A stretch of DNA of 63,862 bases, the filler included, from Reticulomyxa filosa (Eukaryota; Protista; Foraminifera), in NCBI GenBank assembly GCA_000512085.1. It is 22 parts of 22 records of this genome, joined end to end, with 100 filler letters (N's around TTAATTAATTAA, not from the genome) between each part and the next. Parts side by side here need not be neighbours in the genome. Positions count along the whole stretch, not along the records: positions 34,996 to 38,051 come from ASPP01036768.1; positions 38,152 to 40,527 come from ASPP01009020.1; positions 40,628 to 42,520 come from ASPP01043785.1; positions 42,621 to 44,575 come from ASPP01026957.1; positions 44,676 to 45,881 come from ASPP01025111.1; positions 45,982 to 60,634 come from ASPP01028549.1; 16 more parts are not named here. One strand, 5' to 3'. Made by a program: the position numbers and the translations under genes. Positions 35,000-49,180 of the stretch are shown here, in pieces (position 1 is the stretch's first letter; each line of letters starts with the position of its first letter). Below the pieces are notes generated by a model. That model saw only the letters and a list, made by a program, of their open reading frames with translations, was not told the origin of the DNA and made no database searches.

Positions 35000-37800
35000 G
35001 CGACTCCAGCAGTTTCATTAAGTCCGACCCCCATACAAATGCAACAGCAATCCGCTCTATGTCAATTCAGATTGTAATGTTGGCCTGTGGATGAAGAGGG
35101 AGGGGGAGAAAGCAAAAGATGACATACCACAGTAGTAGACTGGGCTGGGTCAATATGGAAATCATGGTATTTCTTTTCTTTTTCTTCAATATTAAAGCAT
35201 TCACAGTTGTTCCCATCACTCTGTTCAATTGCTCAGTTGGAATTGGGAGAGAGTGAGTGATGATGGTTCTTTGGTATTAGTGTCAGTATTGACTCTTTTT
35301 ATTTTCTAATGTTCCCGCGATTTCCATGATTCCTTGTTTTTCTTTGGTCCAAGCATTCAACAATTTTTTTCCACGGATGTTCTCTTACTTCCCCAATGAT
35401 CGGAAGATTGCTCCGTACTAGCCGTAGACAGATCATTACGACGTTCCGTATTAGCCACTGTCCGATCAACGCTTTTTGTAAATATGGAGTCGTTGTTTTT
35501 GTGGAGTTGTAGCCGCAGGCACAGTGTTGCCAGGTGGATGCTCCCCATTTTTGTGATTCCGTGGATTTGTTTAAATAATCTCTTATTTTTGCAATCTTTT
35601 TTTAGGCCCAAAAAGAAATACTTGAATTAGCCACTACTATTTTCTTGACCATTATTTTTCATGTATTCTATTGCTTGCTTTTGCTCGGTGCAAGGAGCAT
35701 TAGTAAATGTGATCAAACGTGGTTAGTTGTCCAAAAAATGGAATACGCAAAGTTATGAACAGCTTTCATGGCCACGATCGTATCAATAAAATGTTTATCT
35801 TGATTTTTTTTTTTTTTTTTTAATTAATAGCCTTTACTGTTTGTAATTGTGATGGCAAATGGCCCAGGCTCGACTTTAATTATTGTGAAACCACACAGCT
35901 ATGAATTATGTGTTTATATTTGAAGCATATTTTTTTTTTTTTATACAATTTACTCGATTGAAAAGTTAAGAGATAAACAGATTGCTAACAGAGGCAAGTA
36001 ATATCTTCGGCAGCAGCAAAATCCACACCCACGAATAGCGGCAAATAACATTTCACGAAATTCGAAATGTACTTTGCAACGTCAAATAGAGTGATTTGCT
36101 CCATTAATTCACTGATTACCATGACCATGCCCAATTTGCGTATTTTGAGTAATTCCACAGATTTTTTTTCAAAAAATTTCTTGAATGAGGGCAATTTGGT
36201 AGATAATTGTCGTGTTTATTGTTGGAATTTGTAATCTTCCACCGGACAATGTTTCCAAATCTGTCATAATACATGTTGTGTCAACAAGCAATTGAAACGC
36301 TTCAAACAAAGAAAAAAAAAAAAATCACAAACATGCCAATAATATCTTGGAAGACAGCATTATGCGATTATTTCCAAAACTACCAAATTTATGCTTGAAA
36401 TCGATTTTTGCAATTTCTGTGGATGATCATTATACTTCGGGACTTACTTATATAATTATTTTGTTTTTATGATTTTTTTTTTCAAACAAAACAGATATTC
36501 ATATATATATATATATATGCAAGTGTGCATGCAGATATAGCATGGTGTGATATATAGTTTTTGTATTTGTAGTCTAAAATGAAACTTCAACCATTTATAG
36601 ATCGAGCCAACGATAAATCAATCTTTTTTCCAATCAGATACTTTCGTGGATAGTACGAAATTTGTCATTTTCAATTCGTTGTAACTGCCCTTGCATCGAA
36701 GAGAATGTCTGCTTGCCAGTTTTCAATATTTCACGAACTTGCAAGTCTTCATGTACTTCTTATGCCTACATTTTCAAGTCTTTCATTTCTTGCAAGCAAT
36801 TGAGCTCCATTGGAATGTCTGCAGTGGATTCATCTGGCTTTTTTTTTCGACAAATAAATCAACAGAATTCCCATGCACAGTTTATATCTATGTTTACGTC
36901 ATTGATTTTCTCTTCAAACAATGTATATATATATTTATTTATATGTGTGTATAAGATAAGATATTTGCGACACTAAAGAATGTGCACAAACATGGAAGAA
37001 CATAAAGAATCATCAGTAAATAAAATAACAGGTAAGATCTTGCGCTTGCTTCATTCAAGGACAATAAAAGCATGCGGATTGGTTTTGCGATTTCTCCTTC
37101 CAGCTCTTTGAATTTGTGCTGTTGCTAATTCACTCCATACTGTTGGATTGGACTATTCTTGCATTCGATCAAATATTTGTTGATCCCTTTTACGTGTATT
37201 AGTATAATTATGATGTATTTGACTTCCGATATTGACATACCAAAAGATATACAAAAATATTTCCAACGTACAATTGATATTGCTTTCGTGTTAACTTGGT
37301 GGAAAATATTACCTCAATTTAATTGATTTATGCGCATTGACGAGTTGAGGCGAATCTTGTAAAATTAGTGGTGCTAATTTGAGTGTTGTTATATAATTTG
37401 AAATCCACACATATCATACATAACCATTCAAAGTATTGATGAAACGGAGTTATTGTATCATCCTCTTTGTTCAGATTATCTTCTTGGCCTCTTTCAATAG
37501 CTTACATTTCTTGCACGATTCATTGCCAGCTGCCATAATCCATATACCGGTATACATTTTTGCTTTATTCTTTTTCTTTTTCTTCCCTTAATACAATATT
37601 CTTTTTTCTTTCATTACAAACCTAGAATTAAACGATCCATATTCACATTGGTTTGCATAAGATATTTCACAACAACTAAAGAGATGACAAAAATAACATT
37701 ACATTCAGATAAAGCTAATGTCCTTCTTGCTTGGTTGATTTGTTCATTCTTTTGATTATTCTCGAACTCATTGCCAAACTGGTCTATAACATTCAACACA
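35000..37800 (-). pseudogene. Decayed coding sequence of unrecognised family
   Basis: Coding-like blocks with scattered stops (e.g. DLKM*A*EVHEDLQVREIL) separated by intron-like tracts. Confidence 0.35.
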
Positions 37801-38151
37801 CCACACCAACATATATTTTTTTAAAACAAACACAAAGAAAAAAACTTACTATATTGTTATCCCGCGTGGGATATAATCACTTTCAAATATAATTTTTTTT
37901 CTTTATTATTCTTTTTTCATTATTTTTTCCTAAAAATTATTAACTTTTTTTATTTCTATCACTTTTTTTTCTTTCTTTTTTTTTTCTTTTTTCCATTTTT
38001 CCTTTTTCTTTTATTATCTTTTTTTTCTTATTATCTTTTTTTTTCTTATTANNNNNNNNNNNNNNNNNNNNNNNNNNNNNNNNNNNNNNNNNNNNTTAAT
38101 TAATTAANNNNNNNNNNNNNNNNNNNNNNNNNNNNNNNNNNNNNNNNNNNN

Positions 38152-38190
<39 letters not shown>

Positions 38191-38197
38191 AAACTGA

Positions 38198-39198
38198 CTA
38201 AACATAACTGATGTTATAAAACGAAGGATGTTTGGTCAACGCTTGACACTGTCTCATGAAACATAGAAATCCTCTCGAAACCGACTTATGTTTAGTCTTG
38301 GAAGAAGACGTCTCTTTCATCGTGTTCTGCGACAAGTGCAGCGCACTCAACGCCCACATGTTACTAACCAAGGACCGCACGTTCATAAGGGATGCGTATC
38401 GTGCAGATTGCTCCAACAGGTCATACAAGAAGTAATTGCTTCTCCACTTCTCGTCTTTGAACCATTCCTCATATTGCGCCATCGTCTCCGGCTTCTCTTT
38501 CAAACGAGTTATTATTTGAGCCAAGTGCGTCAACGCCGCCGAACAATGGAGCGGCGTTATCTTTATTTGCCGGTCCGGCTTGCGCAATGCAAGTCCAAAC
38601 GCGTCCAATAGTTCGATTGGCCGTTGACACTCTTTCAACAATTGCACCAACGCTTGTTCGGGAATGTAATCCGAGTTCGACAAGCGCATTCCCCATATTC
38701 GTTCCACTGGACTATTTTTTTTTTAAAGGACACATACCAAAAAAAAAAAAAGTATTGCTATTTGTACCTTTTTTTTAATTTTGTTTGCTATTGAAGAGAA
38801 AAAAAAAAAAAAAAGGTAAAAATATAATGTGTTGGAATTTTCTGGATTTTCCTTCTTTTTTTTCTCCCTTCTATCCCATCCTTTCATCTCTTTTCCTTAC
38901 ATTGGAAAAGGTTAAGGGTCAAAAAAAAAAATAAATAAACATAATGCCAACAGTCCATACAGTGACACACCTGAGATCGTCCTTTCGGGCGACAAATGTT
39001 GGGATAAACAGTTTCGTTCGTCGGCGTGGCATTCTTCTTGGGCTCCCATACAACATACGATAGTTTTTTTTGAACTTTTGAGGCCGAAAAAAAACGTCGT
39101 TGGACGCCAAGCAAAGTAGAGGGGAGCAATTGCACCCCACATACACTTTGTTGCTGAAGTGCTTGGGAATATATGTAATGTCCTTTTGTCAACATCAT
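38198..39198 (-). CDS. Putative mitochondrial helical-repeat RNA-binding protein (OPR/HPR/FASTK-like), 5' exons
   Basis: Presequence-like N-terminus (VQRRFFSAS). HCSAALTHLA and MNVRSLVSNMWALSAL resemble OPR/RAP-protein helices. Confidence 0.55.
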
Positions 39199-39696
39199 TC
39201 ACAATTGTTGCAAGGGGGAAAAAAAAAAAGCTTATTTATTTGCACTGACATTTCTGCTGTCTTAAATACAGTACGATCGAATTGGCCACTGGTCATTCAT
39301 TTCTTTTCTTTAATTTTATGCGCAATTACTTGTCTATTCTCTATACGTTAATTTTACGACACACGTGGTAGGTCTTAGTTAATCAGGTTGCAGTTTTGCT
39401 TTCTGCTTTTAATTTTTTGAATATTTTGCGACGCTAAATTAAATGAAATGAAATATCTTGATAGCTTTTTTAAATATGTGGCAATAATATACTTTGATTA
39501 GCATTATTTTTAATGACAATTTGTAAATCGTTGCTGATTTTCATTCTTTGTCTACGAGATGTATTCTCAAAATAAGGTAATTTTATCGAAATTAAAGAAA
39601 ATAAAAATTTTTATTATTAAAAAAAAATCAATTTGCTGTACGGACAAAAAAGTATTTTGTTTAGCAAAAGGAAAAAAAGAAAACAAAAACTTATAG

Positions 39697-40424
39697 ATGC
39701 TAATTCTCAGAGGTCGTGTTCAAATAGAAAACTGTTGCAAGAAATGGTATGCATCGTTACGTAATGATCATGCGTCCCAGCGGACAAGATTGTTATGTCG
39801 AACATTTTGTGCACAAAGCGAAAGAGGAAAGGCAGTCGTGCTACGAGAAGCAGAGGAAGTGAAAGAGTTTGTGGCGAAAATGTACAAGGAGTTTAACGCC
39901 GAGAAGTGGAAACCGGATAAATCATATTGTTTATCTCACACGGAAGAGTTGAAACAATGGACCCAAAAATCGATAGAAAAAAACAAATTTATTGCAGTGG
40001 ACACAGAGTTCGTAGTTGACAGCGGTCAGAACGGAAAAGTGTACTTGTAAAAAAAAAAGACTGGCTCTTCTTTCTCTTCCTCTTTTGTTTTTTGTTTTTT
40101 TTTTGCCTCCATTCCTTTCAAGAGCTTTTTTGAAATAGAAAATGAATTTTGATTGTAATTAATATTACTGTTATTTGTTTATTTATTTTCCTTATAAAAT
40201 TGTGTCCAATGTATTTGTGTGTGTGCGTGTAAATAAAGAGGGCATGTCAAACGTGAACAATGGAGACCTAATACTGACCTCCATGTATGGACAAGGATTT
40301 GATGACGAATACTTAAACTCTGCATTTGTAGTACAAACATGGGACCCAATTCAACAATGTATAAATTTCGATGTGTTGGAGCAATTGAAAGATATATTTA
40401 TTTCTCCGTGTATCCCAAAAGTTT
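39697..40424 (+). CDS. Organellar family-A DNA polymerase (POP-like), 3'-5' exonuclease region, partial
   Basis: R-rich presequence (LLCRTFC), Exo I motif FIAVDTEF, GDLILTSMYG and VLEQLKDIFISPCIPK, as in plant/protist organellar polymerases. Confidence 0.68.
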
Positions 40425-40627
40425 AGCTGCACATACGCATACACAATATATCACACTATCTTTGTTCTTCTTTATGAGACAGACGCCCGCGTCATTGACA
40501 ACATAAATAAAACGAATTAAAAAAAAANNNNNNNNNNNNNNNNNNNNNNNNNNNNNNNNNNNNNNNNNNNNTTAATTAATTAANNNNNNNNNNNNNNNNN
40601 NNNNNNNNNNNNNNNNNNNNNNNNNNN

Positions 40628-41076
40628 TAAGGAAGATTCAGAAAGATATGCCACCGAATGAAAAAGGCGACACAAAACAACCAGCAGCTACGAGACCTAT
40701 GTCATTCGAATTAGGATTGGAACTTGTGGCTGATGGTAATATTACGGCACAAGGAACAATAGATGATGCGGTAAGTACTTTTTATTATACTCTTTTTTTT
40801 TTTGAAGAAAAAAACTTGAATGTTTTTGATTTGAATTTTTGGATTTAGGTTGAAGCAGTTTTGCGTGATTCAGGTGATGCTGATGAAGTAGCGTCAGCAA
40901 GTGACAAGGCAAGGGCAAGAGAATTTGCAGAAAAGGTGGCAATTGCTTACTTTAAAATGCCTACTTGGGAAGTAATCATAATTTTTGTAAGTGCGTTTTT
41001 AATTGCTTTGGGAAACGGCTTGCTTGTATGGTACTATCCTTGTTTCGCTAGCGACAGCGCTATTTGCAAGGGTTAA
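40628..41076 (+). CDS. C-terminal exons of a hypothetical membrane-anchored protein
   Basis: Two exons with a canonical GTAAGT...TAG intron (40771-40848) and a terminal hydrophobic helix. Confidence 0.6.
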
Positions 41077-41818
41077 AGGGTGTGGATTACTTAATTGTAA
41101 TTCGATCTTTGTGAATGTGGGGCAGCGAAAGTGTGAGGTTGATTGATGTGAAAAAAAAGCCAACGTGTTATTTTTCGGCTTGTTTTTTTTGTGATTTTGG
41201 AAATTTCGTTTTCATTTGGGTTTTGTGAGGTGAAAAATTGTTCTTTTTGATTGTTTTACATTTCATTTCATTTGTTTATTTTTTGATGAACAAACATAAA
41301 ATAATTGCACGATCATCATAAACAACTAAAATCTTCAATAAACATGCATAGATCATCCAATCATGATGTGACAATGCATGATATCATCCCTCCCAAAATA
41401 AAAATAAAAAAAAAATAATATTTCAAATTTTTTTTTATAAGATTCTGCTGATACTTAATGGTTCAGGAGAATCCCTGAGTATAAATTGAATAATATTGTG
41501 GAGGTATGAAATTACCATCCTATTTTGGATGTGTAAACATTCACAGTAAAAAAAAGAACTTGATTCACAATTCTTGCATATCTTTTTCAAATAAAAAAAG
41601 ATGTTTGTTATTTTGATAATTAAAATGTAAATCTCCAGTTTGTAAAAAGTCAAGAAGAAATTTCAAACAATAATTAGCAATGAAAGAAAACATGAAGTGC
41701 AAACATGTATGAAACAAATTAGATTTGAAAACAAATTGTGGTTGACTTGTATTTTTTGTTATGTTGAGTTGAGCTGAGTTGAAAAGTAAGTTGTAAGATT
41801 GCTCTTTTTTTAGTTTGA

Positions 41819-42520
41819 ATGATTCAAAAAGAAGAAAAAGTATTAACAGTACGAAAATGTTGGTTATTCTTGTGTGGTCTCCTACTCTTTGTCTTTAGCC
41901 TTGGACAATACATTTTTTACTTGCTTGTCAATTTGGCAACGCTTGTTCACTGTCTGATCTCACGTCTCCAATTTTATCTAAGTCTCTCATTACATCAGAC
42001 AGGAATAACTTGGATTCAATAAATCCACAATGTGTCTTTGTTTTAACAACAACACGAGATACTCCCCAATCAATGAAATCAGAACATTTTTCTAGAACAG
42101 GAGAACACTTTCTAAATGAAACAATAGCAGTATTAGAGACATGGGCAAAGAATGAATCAAATGTATATTTTGTATTTGAAGAAGATGAATATGATAAAGC
42201 AACAAAATTATTGTGTAATAATAAATTGATATATAAATCAAAATGTATATTTCTAAATGTATCAAAATATCCAAGTTTAAGTTATCGTTGATTTTTATTA
42301 CTTGAAAGTATAAATAATAATAATCTTCAATTGCATCATCAATGTCGATTTTTTATGAAAGCTGATACAGATGCATATCATCGAATCGATCGTATTGGAA
42401 AACGTTTAGCATGTTTAAATGAATCTCAACCATGGATGTTATCAAGTTTCTTTTGGTATTTGGATGGATATCGTTTTCCAATGGGATTTCTAACTGTTTA
42501 TGCAAGAGGTGTGTACAATT
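41819..42520 (+). pseudogene. GT31/Fringe-like glycosyltransferase, apparently disrupted
   Basis: N-terminal TM, VFVLTT, AVLETWAK, FFMKADTDAY (DxD). In-frame TGA at 42289 and a frame change near 42000. Confidence 0.7.
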
Positions 42521-44041
42521 NNNNNNNNNNNNNNNNNNNNNNNNNNNNNNNNNNNNNNNNNNNNTTAATTAATTAANNNNNNNNNNNNNNNNNNNNNNNN
42601 NNNNNNNNNNNNNNNNNNNNAGACAACTTAGACTTAACTTTCATTGATAAGTTTAAGTTCATTCGTGTAACTTTTTTTCTTGATATGTTTTTTGATGATG
42701 CAAGATGAAAAAATGGCTGAACTTTTGTTTAAAAAGGAAAAACTGAACTAATGTGTACATAGAAACATTTTGAAACGAGAGATAAATGCTACATTTTGTA
42801 AAATATCTTTGCATCACAATAATTAGTAATAACAATTTTACAATGCAAAAATTTTGAAATTAAAAATAGAATGCTGCTTATTTTGAATTTTGTATTAGAT
42901 CTGTGTAAGCAGAAATGCGTTTCAGAATAAATTGTAAGATATTTGTGAATGAAATAAATAAGTGTTTATATTTATAATTATTCCTTTAATTGAAACTTAG
43001 AAACATGAATAAGCTAACTTAAAATAAAAAACAACAAAGTATAAAGTTTGTTTGTGAATTTAACGGTATTTTATATGCTTAGGATATTTCAGAATATTCC
43101 ACAAAATATGCAAACGCATTTCTCTCAATATTTTTAGTTCATTTTCTTCTTTCAACCTATCATTTATAATATATCATTTTTATTTTACACTTATATTTGT
43201 ACATGTTGTATATTTAACTCATTAAAGTTAAGGCTCAGATAAAATGACATTGATTGAAATTGTAATGTAAACATTTCAGTAGAATACACTTATACTTAAA
43301 AAAAAGTGATACGTTCAGTTCGAACTGTGAGCATTTCAAGATGGAGGAAAGTATTCTTCGCCTCTTACCGTTTCCTAGGGTTTTGGGGATTTCTCAAAAG
43401 TACATTTATTACTGTATTCCTTTGACATGGAGGCCACACACCCACGGGGAAAACGTTTCAAAACAAAAAAGTCGCTAAGTGTTCATGAACAATCCCCTGG
43501 AAATAAAAAACAAAAACTTTGATGAATTGCAAAAGGACGTTATTGTTACAAAATGCATTCAAAAAAAAGAAAGAGTTTTTTATTATTATTTGTTGGGGTG
43601 GAAAAAACCTACCAAGGATTTTTTTATTGACAACGGAAAAAAATTTGATTCGTTTCTACAAAATTCTTGAAACAATTATTGTTTGTTTATCATGTTTAGA
43701 AAGATAAAGCCATTCAAAATTTAAATCGTAAAAGAGGTTTTATGTTTTCTATTGTAAAAATTATAATATCAGTGATAGTATTTACAACAATAAACATTCG
43801 AATGTATTTTCACAAGTATAAATTTGTTACATTTATAAAATGATGATTATGGAATGGAATTAGCAATTGCTAATAAACCAAACCAATTTGTTACAATTTT
43901 TTTGACAAATGAAGTAAACAATTATTTGATTAGACATTGCATTTAAAAAAATTGGAAAATTTCATAATTATAAAAATTATAAAACCGACAACTGTCAACT
44001 TTTCCTTTCAAAAATTTACAAAATTAATAAAAGATTGAACT

Positions 44042-44575
44042 TTATTGCATTTGAATATATTTGATAATAATTTGATCAAAATCGTCGATCCAACCTAACT
44101 TTATCTTTAAAACCCGATTCCAATGCTGAATAACAAATTTTATTTCATTTTTTAACTGTTAATTATTTGTTAATCGTGTCATAAAATCAAATTTATTTTT
44201 GTTTTATAAAATAGTTTTCAATTGTTTAAACAAAGATTACCAAATGTGGAACATCCCATAGACACAATCTCGTCTTTATGTGTGTTAATACATTGTCATC
44301 GTCCTCATTACGTCCTCCAATAATATGCACATACTTGTTATCTTCACTCAATATTGCAACACAATAATATAATGGACTGGGTAAAGTGTTTTGAAATGTC
44401 ATCCATTTGTTTTCTCGAATTGAATACTTGTGCAATGATTTCGAAATGACATTATAATTCAATCCACCAAAGAACAAGATGACATCATTGATACACACAT
44501 ATGCACAATAACTAAACGGTGTAATATCATGACAAACAGGTAGTTGATGAAATTGGAAAGTGTTGTTATCTTCAT
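44042..44575 (-). CDS. Kelch-type beta-propeller protein, 3' part
   Basis: CAYVCINDVILFFGG...HKYSIRENKWMTF...VHIIGG; last exon LKNEIKFVIQHWNRVLKIKLGWIDDFDQIIIKY. Confidence 0.85.
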
Positions 44576-44675
44576 NNNNNNNNNNNNNNNNNNNNNNNNN
44601 NNNNNNNNNNNNNNNNNNNTTAATTAATTAANNNNNNNNNNNNNNNNNNNNNNNNNNNNNNNNNNNNNNNNNNNN

Positions 44676-44880
44676 ACTGCCCGTGTGTAATTGACGCTCC
44701 TCAGAGCCAAGTACTTTACGCCAATGTAGTTTGCGACAATATGCACTATTGTCAGTCCCAAAAAAGTTATGTAAATAAACCAAGCACTTTCTCCAATCAA
44801 CTGCGTAAAAATTATTCCGCTCACCATTCCAACTAATGTCACAAATGTTTCTTGGATGTTTTCTTTCGCACCAACATCTT
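44676..44880 (-). CDS. RUS1/DUF647 (root UV-B sensitive, RUSF1-like) fragment
   Basis: DVGAKENIQETFVTLVGMVSG...FLGLTIVHIVANYIGVKYLALRSVNYTR matches the RUS-family motif. Upstream exons not recognised. Confidence 0.8.
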
Positions 44881-45981
44881 TTTTTCCCACATAACAAACA
44901 ACAATACGTATACAAACAACACACTCTATTGTCTGTATACGTCGTTGCGTCACTGACTCCATTTCTTGTTCAGACAATGATAAATCCACAAAACTAGCAA
45001 ACAAAATACAAAAATACATATAGATGGAGTATTGAACAGTCACAAAAAATAATTTGAAGATCTTCAAGACAACAATACAATTAATAAAACTACATGCAGT
45101 CTGTAAAGAAAGGTTCGTAGAACTCTATAACAGTGATCAAATGTATCTGGAATACTGATTGCTTTTTTATGTTCGAAATAACTATTATTGTCTCTAGTAA
45201 AGCGCAGTGAGTTGCTACCAATATTTCAGTAGAATTTGCTTGATTCAATTGCTTCTATTGAGAAAAAAGCTGACACGCAATTAAGTTCCTTTGAATGGCA
45301 CCACACTTTACATTTATGTTTAACATAAGACAATCAACATGATAAAAAAAAAATGCTGTATCCGTTGGACACGTTAAAAAAAAGATCAACAAGCATACAA
45401 TAAAACAATATGAATTATCAATTTTAGATATAAAAAAAAGCCAAAGCATAACTTTATTTAAAAAACAACAAAATCAGGAATCGAAAAGGTGCCCAAAAAG
45501 GGGGTGATTCCATTCTTTTAATTTTTTTATCTGTCATGGGACTGCTCATCTAAGTAAGTACAGAGATGATAAACCAATGTTTACAGTTTTTAGAGTTGGA
45601 AGCGACTGAAAAAACATTTGTGTTGTTTTACCAAGTTTGTTCTTAATTTGTTAACAACAAAAGTTTTAATGTATTTTACATTTCAAGTGATATGATTTAT
45701 CTTCTCAAAATTGGCTACTATGATATGAAAAGGAAGATTTCAAAGATAAAGAGAGAAAAAACAACTGTCTCACAAAGTTATTCATGAAAGGACAGTCTAC
45801 TAATTGCAATATGAAAACATGTCCAAATAATTCACACTGATCAAAGACTTTTTGGTCACGTCCTAACCTTGAGAGAAAAAGNNNNNNNNNNNNNNNNNNN
45901 NNNNNNNNNNNNNNNNNNNNNNNNNTTAATTAATTAANNNNNNNNNNNNNNNNNNNNNNNNNNNNNNNNNNNNNNNNNNNN

Positions 45982-46021
<40 letters not shown>

Positions 46022-46059
46022 CAAGACAAAGTGGATATTACACAAATATACTCTCAATT

Positions 46060-48707
46060 GACAAACGTAACACAACATTGGGATGGGGAAAAAAAAAAAA
46101 AAGATATAGAAGAAGAAAAAAATGAAAAAGAAGTAACGGAATTCAATGAACAAAAAGAAGAAGAAAGAGAGCCAAGTCGTGTCATTCGATGCTCGATCAA
46201 AGTCATGGAACATCAGAAAAGAGATGCTGTCAAAAGTGTTTGGATTAGTTTTCAGGCGAGTTTTTGTTGTTGTTTTTTTTTTTAAAAAAAAAAAACAAAA
46301 CAAAACAAAAACAATTGCAATAAGATCCTCCTCCCTTTTTTCGCTTCTCAATGTTTATCCAATCCCCTAATCCATCTTTTTTTTTTTTATAGGTGTACTT
46401 GCCCCAAGAGCCAATTCGAGAACCAAGTCCTTCCTTTTTTGGTGGCGCGCAGCATTCAACGTGGATGGGCGACAGCCAAACACTCACGGAAAACGACTTG
46501 GGAGCGATCAACGAGCTTTCTGGAGAAACACCCACCGCTCCGTTCTTGTTGTCCATGCATGTCGAGCCTGTGATGTCACACTATTACGGACGGGATGAAA
46601 AGCCGCCAAGGTTTCGAGAGCAATACGACACCGTACTCGGCTGCTTGCGAGTTGATCCGAAAAAGGAATCTTATTTCACTCTCATTCCCAACAGTATTGC
46701 CAATGTATGGTGGTGTGTATATTTGCAATATTCTAATTATATACATATATACATATATATGTATATGTATGTATACGTATATGTATATATACATGTTGTT
46801 TCATTTGTCCAATATTATTATTAAAAAAAAAAAAAAAACAAAATAGGGTCACGTAAAGACTTCTGTGGTTCTCAATAACAATGCCAATGGCACTCTGACC
46901 ATTCGGACAGATACAATGGAAACTCCATTTTTCCGAACAGGTGACTGTCCAATTTAGAACAGAGAAGAGAAGAGAAGAAAGAAACACTCTTACATACAAT
47001 ACATATATAACATGTATTAATGTATGACATACTGGGTTCATTTGTTTCTATCATTTGTAATGTATGATACCAACTACACCAGAAATGGACGTATTTGTCG
47101 GCGATAAGAAAAAGTGGGCCGATGGCTGCAAGATTGTAGTGAAATATGAACCAAAAGACGGATTTGCATTCTTTCGATCAGCGAAACAGTTTGCGCACGA
47201 AATTGGGAAAACCAAAATCTATGACAAGTTTTGGCTAAAGTGCATCAAGTTGTCCGAGGATCACACGACAGTGGCGCAAAATGTGTTTTTTGTGGAAGTG
47301 ATCGTTCGTGACGGTGACCAGGGTGCGGTCATCACTCCGCAAATCATCTCTTCGGGAATCCACCACGTGCCTTTATCGTTGTTGCATCCTTGGCCTACTT
47401 CCACCGGCTCAAACGCCAAAACAAACGTTCCAATGCCTCCGCTTTCGATCGATTGGGAACGTTCCACCTGTTCCTTTGGCAAAATCGACAGTTTCTTTGT
47501 CGAAAACACCACGCAATCTTCATCCAAGTTGTTCATCGTCGTCCAAAATTTTCTTGTCTTTAACGCGTCCACATGCAAGCACTGTTATCTGGGAAGAGTA
47601 AAAATGATAATATCAATGGTTGGCTTTACATACGTATATACATTTATATTTGTACATATATGTGTATATACATACATATTTTTTTTTTTTTTTAATATAA
47701 GTAATATATAAATATATATATATATATATATGTATAATACAAAAAAAAAACAAAACAAAAGGATTGCCATTCACTTTGGGATCGGACATATATGTCAGTC
47801 GATTGCAATCGCTGAAGGAAATATTTAGTGATAAGTCGAAGCGCAATGAATACTTTAGCAAATGTGGTGGGCTGTTTGTATTGAACTGTAGCACTGGCGC
47901 ATTGCTGCCGGGCAAAAAAAAGTTCATTCAAATTTGGCATTGCGCTCTAAATACCAGCATTCGCACTTTCACTATTGCTTTGTATCATCAGCCCCTTGGG
48001 ATTGGCTACCAGCGCCAAATCATTCCTTTGCACATCAAGCCGAGAATAGATGCTCTTATTGATATTATTTCGCCTCATTACAAGTATGTTTGTTTGTTTG
48101 TTTGTTTTGTGCATGATGACATGTTTGTATGCTTGTGTATACGTGGGGCAGAAATGGATGCATAGAAGTTGATTCCAATAGAAATGAGACAGTGGAATTG
48201 GTGTTGCATAACATGAGTCCTTTGTGGTGTGGACTGACACTCTACAATTCTTTTGGCCAGCAATTGGCTCTACACTTTGCGCAGAATGATTCGATAGGGG
48301 AAGATGTCATGTGCATGTATCGGCATGAGAGACATCGGGACGAGGGAAAGTTGCATGAGGACGATGAGCAATTGCTTGGAAATGCCTTGTTGCATGAATG
48401 GAAAATGCCACATAGTGATAATCACTTTGGCGTCATGCTGCCCGGAGCCAATGACCAAAACAACAAACATTCTTTCAGTGCAATTGTTTTGCCACCGAAA
48501 AACACACAAAAAATGTTCGTGAAAGTAAACATGATAAAACATGACTCTGTGCGTGTCCCATCTCCAAGTGACCAAGACAAAGACTATTTACAAATGTTAC
48601 ACTATACCCCTGGGTCCATCACCTTTTGGACTCACTTTCTTACCAATTCCAAAGAGTTCCCCATTCTTCAGTCTTTCAATCATTGTTTTTTTGTCAACGT
48701 TTGTTAG
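46060..48707 (+). CDS. Hypothetical multi-exon beta-rich protein (possibly ASH/PapD-like Ig domains)
   Basis: Same-strand exon chain (46393-46704, 46847-, 47064-, 47762-, 48152-48707). FVLNCSTGALLPGKKKFIQI resembles ASH-domain strands; the domain call is weak. Confidence 0.55.
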
Positions 48708-49180
48708 TTTTTTGCAATTCGAATTTTGATTTGTTGCATGTTATTTCAATTTTCGAAAAAACAAACAAACTTTTCGACGCTCGTCAGATTTAGTCCAAAA
48801 AAAAATCTAATGGTTGCAATTTTTAATCCTTCAAATTGTTTTTTCTTTTTATTCCTATTTTATTTTATTTCATTTGGCCATGCGTAAATTTCTTGGATAT
48901 CTACCCCAACTTTTGCAAGTTTTTTTAAAATGAAAATAATGGAACAAAACCTTTCGCATCATATACAATTTTTTTTTATAAGGAATAATCACATTTACAG
49001 TTTTTATATTAAAAATCTACAAGTTTAGGTAGTGCAAAAGCATATTGTGACCCTTACTTTTGACACTTTGCAAAGCAAAAAATTGAAAAGACGAAAACAA
49101 GAGAGTTTGCAAGTGTTGTGTTTCCCTCGATAGCGAACTTTTTTCTTATAATATCTCAATTAATTCCATTTCATTTTGGT

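Noticed and set aside
43315-43330. CAGTTCGAACTG as a tRNA T-arm/B-box
   Set aside because: No cloverleaf or A-box can be built around it.
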